Shown: piece after piece, positions 60,140 through 63,232 of the stretch
Layout: the number at the start of each line of letters is the position of its first letter
Position numbering within the stretch: the first letter of the stretch is position 1
From: Lysobacter sp.
Lineage (GTDB): Bacteria > Pseudomonadota > Gammaproteobacteria > Xanthomonadales > Xanthomonadaceae
Length of the DNA: 63,232 bases
NCBI GenBank assembly: GCA_013362405.1
Contig: JABFWF010000157.1
Span: 1-63,232 of the forward strand
Direction: 5' to 3'
Made by a program: the position numbers and the translations under genes
Notes under the pieces: model-generated
Databases searched by the model: none
What the model was told of the DNA's origin: nothing
Seen by the model: the letters and a program-made list of their open reading frames with translations, nothing else

Positions 60140-62299
60140 TTGGACGTTCCCCCGCGCTACTGGGCCTTTCTCAGCTACAGCCATGCCGACCGGCGCATGG
60201 CCGAGCGGCTTCACCGTGCGCTGGAGGGCTACCGCATCCCGCGCCGGCTGGTCGGCCGATCCGGCCCGCAGGGGCCGGTTCCCGCGCGCCTGTATCCGGT
60301 GTTCCGCGATCGCGACGAGCTCGACGCGCGCGGCGAGATCGGCAGCGTGGTCGAGGCTGCGCTCGCCGCCAGCCGCACGCTGGTCGTGTTGTGTTCGCCG
60401 AAGTCGGCGCGCTCGCAATGGGTGGAAGCGGAAATCGAGGCGTTCCGGCGCCTGCATCCCGATGCGCCGGTGCTGTGCGTGCTGCTCGACGGCGAACCCC
60501 TGGCGGCGGTCGAGGCCGCGCGCGAATGCCTCGGCCCGACGCTGCGCGCGCGCTTCGGACAGGGCGTGGGCACCGCCGACCGCGCCCCGGTCGCGGTCGA
60601 TTTGCGTGCGAACGGCGATGGCTGGCGGCTCGGCCTGCAGAAACTCGTCGCCGGCATCGCCGGCGTGCCGCTGGGCGAACTGGTGCAGCGCGATGCGCAG
60701 CGTCGCCACCGGCGCATGGCGTGGCTGGCCGCGGTGCTCGCCGCGATCGCGGTGGGATTCGGCGCGCTTGCGTCGGTCGCGCTGGTGGCGCGCAACGACG
60801 CGCAGCGCAGGCAGGCGCAGGCGGAAGACCTGCTCGGCTTCATGCTTGGCGACCTGCGCGACAAGCTGCAGAAAGTCGGCCGGCTCGACCTGCTGGACAG
60901 CGTCGGCGACAAGGCGATGGCGTATTTCGACAGCCTCGACCCGCGCGACCTCAACGACCGCACGCTCGCCTGGCAGGAACAGGCGCTGACCCAGCTCGGC
61001 CAGGTGCGGCTCAACCAGAACCGTTATCCGGAAGCGCAGGCGAGCTTCGAGCGCGCCTACGCGCGCAGCAGGGCGCTGGTCGACCGCCATCCCGGTGGCG
61101 GGAGCCTGCTGTTCGATCGCGGCCAGGCCGAATACTGGATCGGCTTCGTGTACTGGCAGCGCCGCGACCTCGACCGCGCGCAGCTGTGGCTCACCCGCTA
61201 CCGCGACACCTGTCGCGCGGTGCATGCGATCGACCCGAACAAGGTCGAGTGGCTGCACGAGCTGGCGTACGGGGATGCGAACCTTGCCACCGTCGAGCTC
61301 GAGCGCGGACGGCTGCATGACGCCGGCGGCGGCTTCCGGCGTGCCTACGCGACCCTGCAGGCGGTCCGCGCGAAGACGCCGGACGACCCGCAGGTCGCCT
61401 ACGACATGGCCGACAACCTGTCGTGGCAGGGCAACGTCGAGGAGCAGCTCGGCCATCTCGATCGCGCCGAGGCCTTCCTTGCCCGGACGGTCGGAGGCGT
61501 CCGCCGGATCGCCGCCGGCCAACCCAAGGATCCGAACTGGAAATACCAGCTGGCGAACGTTGAGCTGCTGCTGTCGGCCCTGCAGGGCGCGCGCGGCCTG
61601 CATGTGCAGTCCGAGGCGACGGCGGCCGCAGCGCTCGCGCGCATGCAGGCACTGGCGGCCTTCGATCCCGGCAACAAGGAGTGGCGCCGGGCCTACCTGC
61701 GCGCACTGGTGCTGCATGCGCGCGCCAGGCTGGGGCAGTCACGGTTCGAGGAAGCCCGCGCCGATCTCGCGCGCGCGCAGCCGCTGCTCGATGCGTCGGC
61801 CGACGTCGAGGGTTCGGACCGGCTGGTGCGGCGCGAGATGCTCGACGCGTTCACGCTGCGCGGCCTGCTCGCGCTGCATGACGGCGACCGCGATGCGGCA
61901 AACGCCGCGGCTTCGCAACTCCGGAAGCTCTTCGGCGCGGGTGAGCGGCCGGATTCGGCCGAAGAAACCGGCCGCTACGCCTTGGGCCAACTGATCATTG
62001 CCGCAGCCTCCGCCGGCGACGGGCGCGATGGCGACGCAGCGTCGAATTTCGCTGCCGCGCGCGAGGCGCTGCAGCCGTTCGTGGGCGACTCCCGCTACTG
62101 GCGCGTGCTCGATCCGTGGGTGCGCGTGTCGCTGCTCACCGGCAATCCAGACGCAGCGGCCCAGGCGCAGGCGCGCCTCGCCGGAGAGGGCTACGTCCCC
62201 CTGTTCCCTTGGCCAACCACGGCCATCGCCTCGCGCATCGGACGCGCGTCGTCGTTCACCGGCAAGGCTGCCGCCGCCAACGCTCCGGGCGAACCCTAA
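60140..62299 (+). CDS. membrane-anchored TIR-domain protein with a long TPR-like C-terminal region
   Basis: TTG start 9 nt after GGAGG. TIR domain (YWAFLSYSHADRRMAERL..VFRDRDEL..LVVLCSPKSARSQWVEAEIEAF). TM helix (MAWLAAVLAAIAVGFGALASVALVA). About 500 aa of helical repeats follow. Confidence 0.8.
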   Translation: MDVPPRYWAFLSYSHADRRMAERLHRALEGYRIPRRLVGRSGPQGPVPARLYPVFRDRDELDARGEIGSVVEAALAASRTLVVLCSPKSARSQWVEAEIEAFRRLHPDAPVLCVLLDGEPLAAVEAARECLGPTLRARFGQGVGTADRAPVAVDLRANGDGWRLGLQKLVAGIAGVPLGELVQRDAQRRHRRMAWLAAVLAAIAVGFGALASVALVARNDAQRRQAQAEDLLGFMLGDLRDKLQKVGRLDLLDSVGDKAMAYFDSLDPRDLNDRTLAWQEQALTQLGQVRLNQNRYPEAQASFERAYARSRALVDRHPGGGSLLFDRGQAEYWIGFVYWQRRDLDRAQLWLTRYRDTCRAVHAIDPNKVEWLHELAYGDANLATVELERGRLHDAGGGFRRAYATLQAVRAKTPDDPQVAYDMADNLSWQGNVEEQLGHLDRAEAFLARTVGGVRRIAAGQPKDPNWKYQLANVELLLSALQGARGLHVQSEATAAAALARMQALAAFDPGNKEWRRAYLRALVLHARARLGQSRFEEARADLARAQPLLDASADVEGSDRLVRREMLDAFTLRGLLALHDGDRDAANAAASQLRKLFGAGERPDSAEETGRYALGQLIIAAASAGDGRDGDAASNFAAAREALQPFVGDSRYWRVLDPWVRVSLLTGNPDAAAQAQARLAGEGYVPLFPWPTTAIASRIGRASSFTGKAAAANAPGEP

Positions 62300-62333
62300 C
62301 GCCCGCTATCGCATGTCCCTGGAGGATCCCGCC

Positions 62334-62723
62334 ATGCCCAGCAACGCCAGCGTGACGCTCGATGTCCGCAACTTTCCTTCCACCGGCTCGGACGGCTACA
62401 CCAACACCACCGCGTCGAACAACGCGATCTACAGCTACCGCTACACCGGCGGCAGCGACAACGGCGGCGACGTGGACTTCAACGGACGCGGCCGCGTCAC
62501 CCTGACCGTGCACCTGCAGAGCGACCCGCGCTACCAGATCGGCAACGTCGGCTTCACCGGGGATACCAACAACCAGCTCACGTGGCTGGCGGAGAACGCG
62601 CCGACGACCGCGGTGATCCAGGACGTCAACACCGTCGTGCAGAACGCCAGCTACAAGATCACCGTCAATGACACGACGGCGAACTGCACGGTGCCCTGCG
62701 ATCCGCAGATCAACAACAAGTGA
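62334..62723 (+). CDS. small Thr/Asn/Gly-rich protein of unknown function (129 aa)
   Basis: The ATG is 7 nt after GGAGGA. There is no signal peptide. The composition looks beta-strand-like, and the protein ends CTVPCDPQINNK. It may belong to the family annotated 'DP-EP'; this is from memory and not verified. Confidence 0.6.
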   Translation: MPSNASVTLDVRNFPSTGSDGYTNTTASNNAIYSYRYTGGSDNGGDVDFNGRGRVTLTVHLQSDPRYQIGNVGFTGDTNNQLTWLAENAPTTAVIQDVNTVVQNASYKITVNDTTANCTVPCDPQINNK

Positions 62724-62809
62724 GCGGGCGCGCGGGATCGGACGCGGGACGCCGGCGCGTCCTGCCGGTCGTCGGCGTGCCGCCGTCCCGCGACCGCCAC
62801 TGAACCCGC

Positions 62810-63232
62810 ATGGCCGTGGCGGCGCCAGCGCAGGCAGGCCCGGCGGTGCACGCGCCCGCGCCGGCCATCGCCACGCCCGCCACCGCGCTGGTGCTGGGCG
62901 TCACCAGCCACCGCGATCTCGTGCCGGAGGACGTACCGCAGCTGCGGCACTTCCTCGGCGGGGCGATGGCCGAGTTGCGCCAGGCGTTCCCGGAACTGTC
63001 GCTGGTGATGCTCTCGCCGCTGGCCGAAGGCGGCGACCAGCTCGCCGCGGAGGTCGCGCTCGGCCTCGGCGCGCGGCTGGTGGTGCCGCTGCCCATCCCG
63101 GTCGAGCTCTACCTCGAGGACTTCGCCGACAGCGAAGCGCGGATCCGCTTCCTGTGGCTGCTGGCGCAGGCCGACGTGATCCCGTTGACGTCGGCGACCA
63201 CCGACCTCGACCGGCTGCGCACGCCCGGTCCC
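62810..63232 (+). CDS. SLOG-like (YpsA/DprA/LOG Rossmann) domain protein, 5' fragment cut by the window end
   Basis: Open frame to the window edge, so it is absent from the track. An in-frame TGA lies 9 nt upstream of the ATG. Pattern: LGVTSHRDL..LSPLAEGGDQLAAEVALGLG..RLVVPLPIP..YLEDF..LLAQADVI. Confidence 0.5.
   Translation, partial: MAVAAPAQAGPAVHAPAPAIATPATALVLGVTSHRDLVPEDVPQLRHFLGGAMAELRQAFPELSLVMLSPLAEGGDQLAAEVALGLGARLVVPLPIPVELYLEDFADSEARIRFLWLLAQADVIPLTSATTDLDRLRTPGP

Noticed and set aside
58820-61717. 965-aa minus-strand ORF opposite cls and the TIR gene
   Set aside because: It lies opposite two genes with clear domain signatures, has no recognisable motifs, and has typical GC-artefact composition.

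Overview
High-GC chromosomal segment with strong G/C third-position bias, probably from a Xanthomonadales/Lysobacterales-like gammaproteobacterium; that assignment is an inference from gene content and REP-type repeats. I support about 65 real genes. Most very long ORFs in the six-frame track are antisense or out-of-frame artefacts of GC richness. Main content: (1) a cobalamin riboswitch upstream of class I ribonucleotide reductase nrdA-nrdB, whose spacer holds a four-helix-bundle (23S rRNA IVS-type) gene flanked by perfect 36-bp inverted repeats; (2) an arsR-arsI-arsN2-arsC-aqpS arsenic operon with a perfect 26-bp operator palindrome; (3) housekeeping genes folD, guaB, guaA, tadA, orn and tRNA-Leu(UAA); (4) many stress or periplasmic proteins (CsbD, KGG, BON, MscS, peroxiredoxin, azurin, peptidases); (5) c-di-GMP genes (a GGDEF protein and a PilZ protein). 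The best candidate for a new system is at the right edge (60.1-63.2 kb). It is a co-directional cluster of a membrane-anchored TIR-TPR protein, a small beta-rich protein of unknown function, and a SLOG-like protein cut by the window end, which suggests a Thoeris-like TIR/SLOG nucleotide-signalling module. A second TIR-TPR protein (17.0-18.7 kb) is translationally coupled to a DUF924 gene. Other points: a GIY-YIG cassette bracketed by inverted REP-like repeats and fused in frame to tadA, a secreted Q/R/A/D low-complexity repeat protein, two decayed genes, and a recurring intergenic motif GCGCATTCA. All calls come from reading the sequence by eye; no database search was run.
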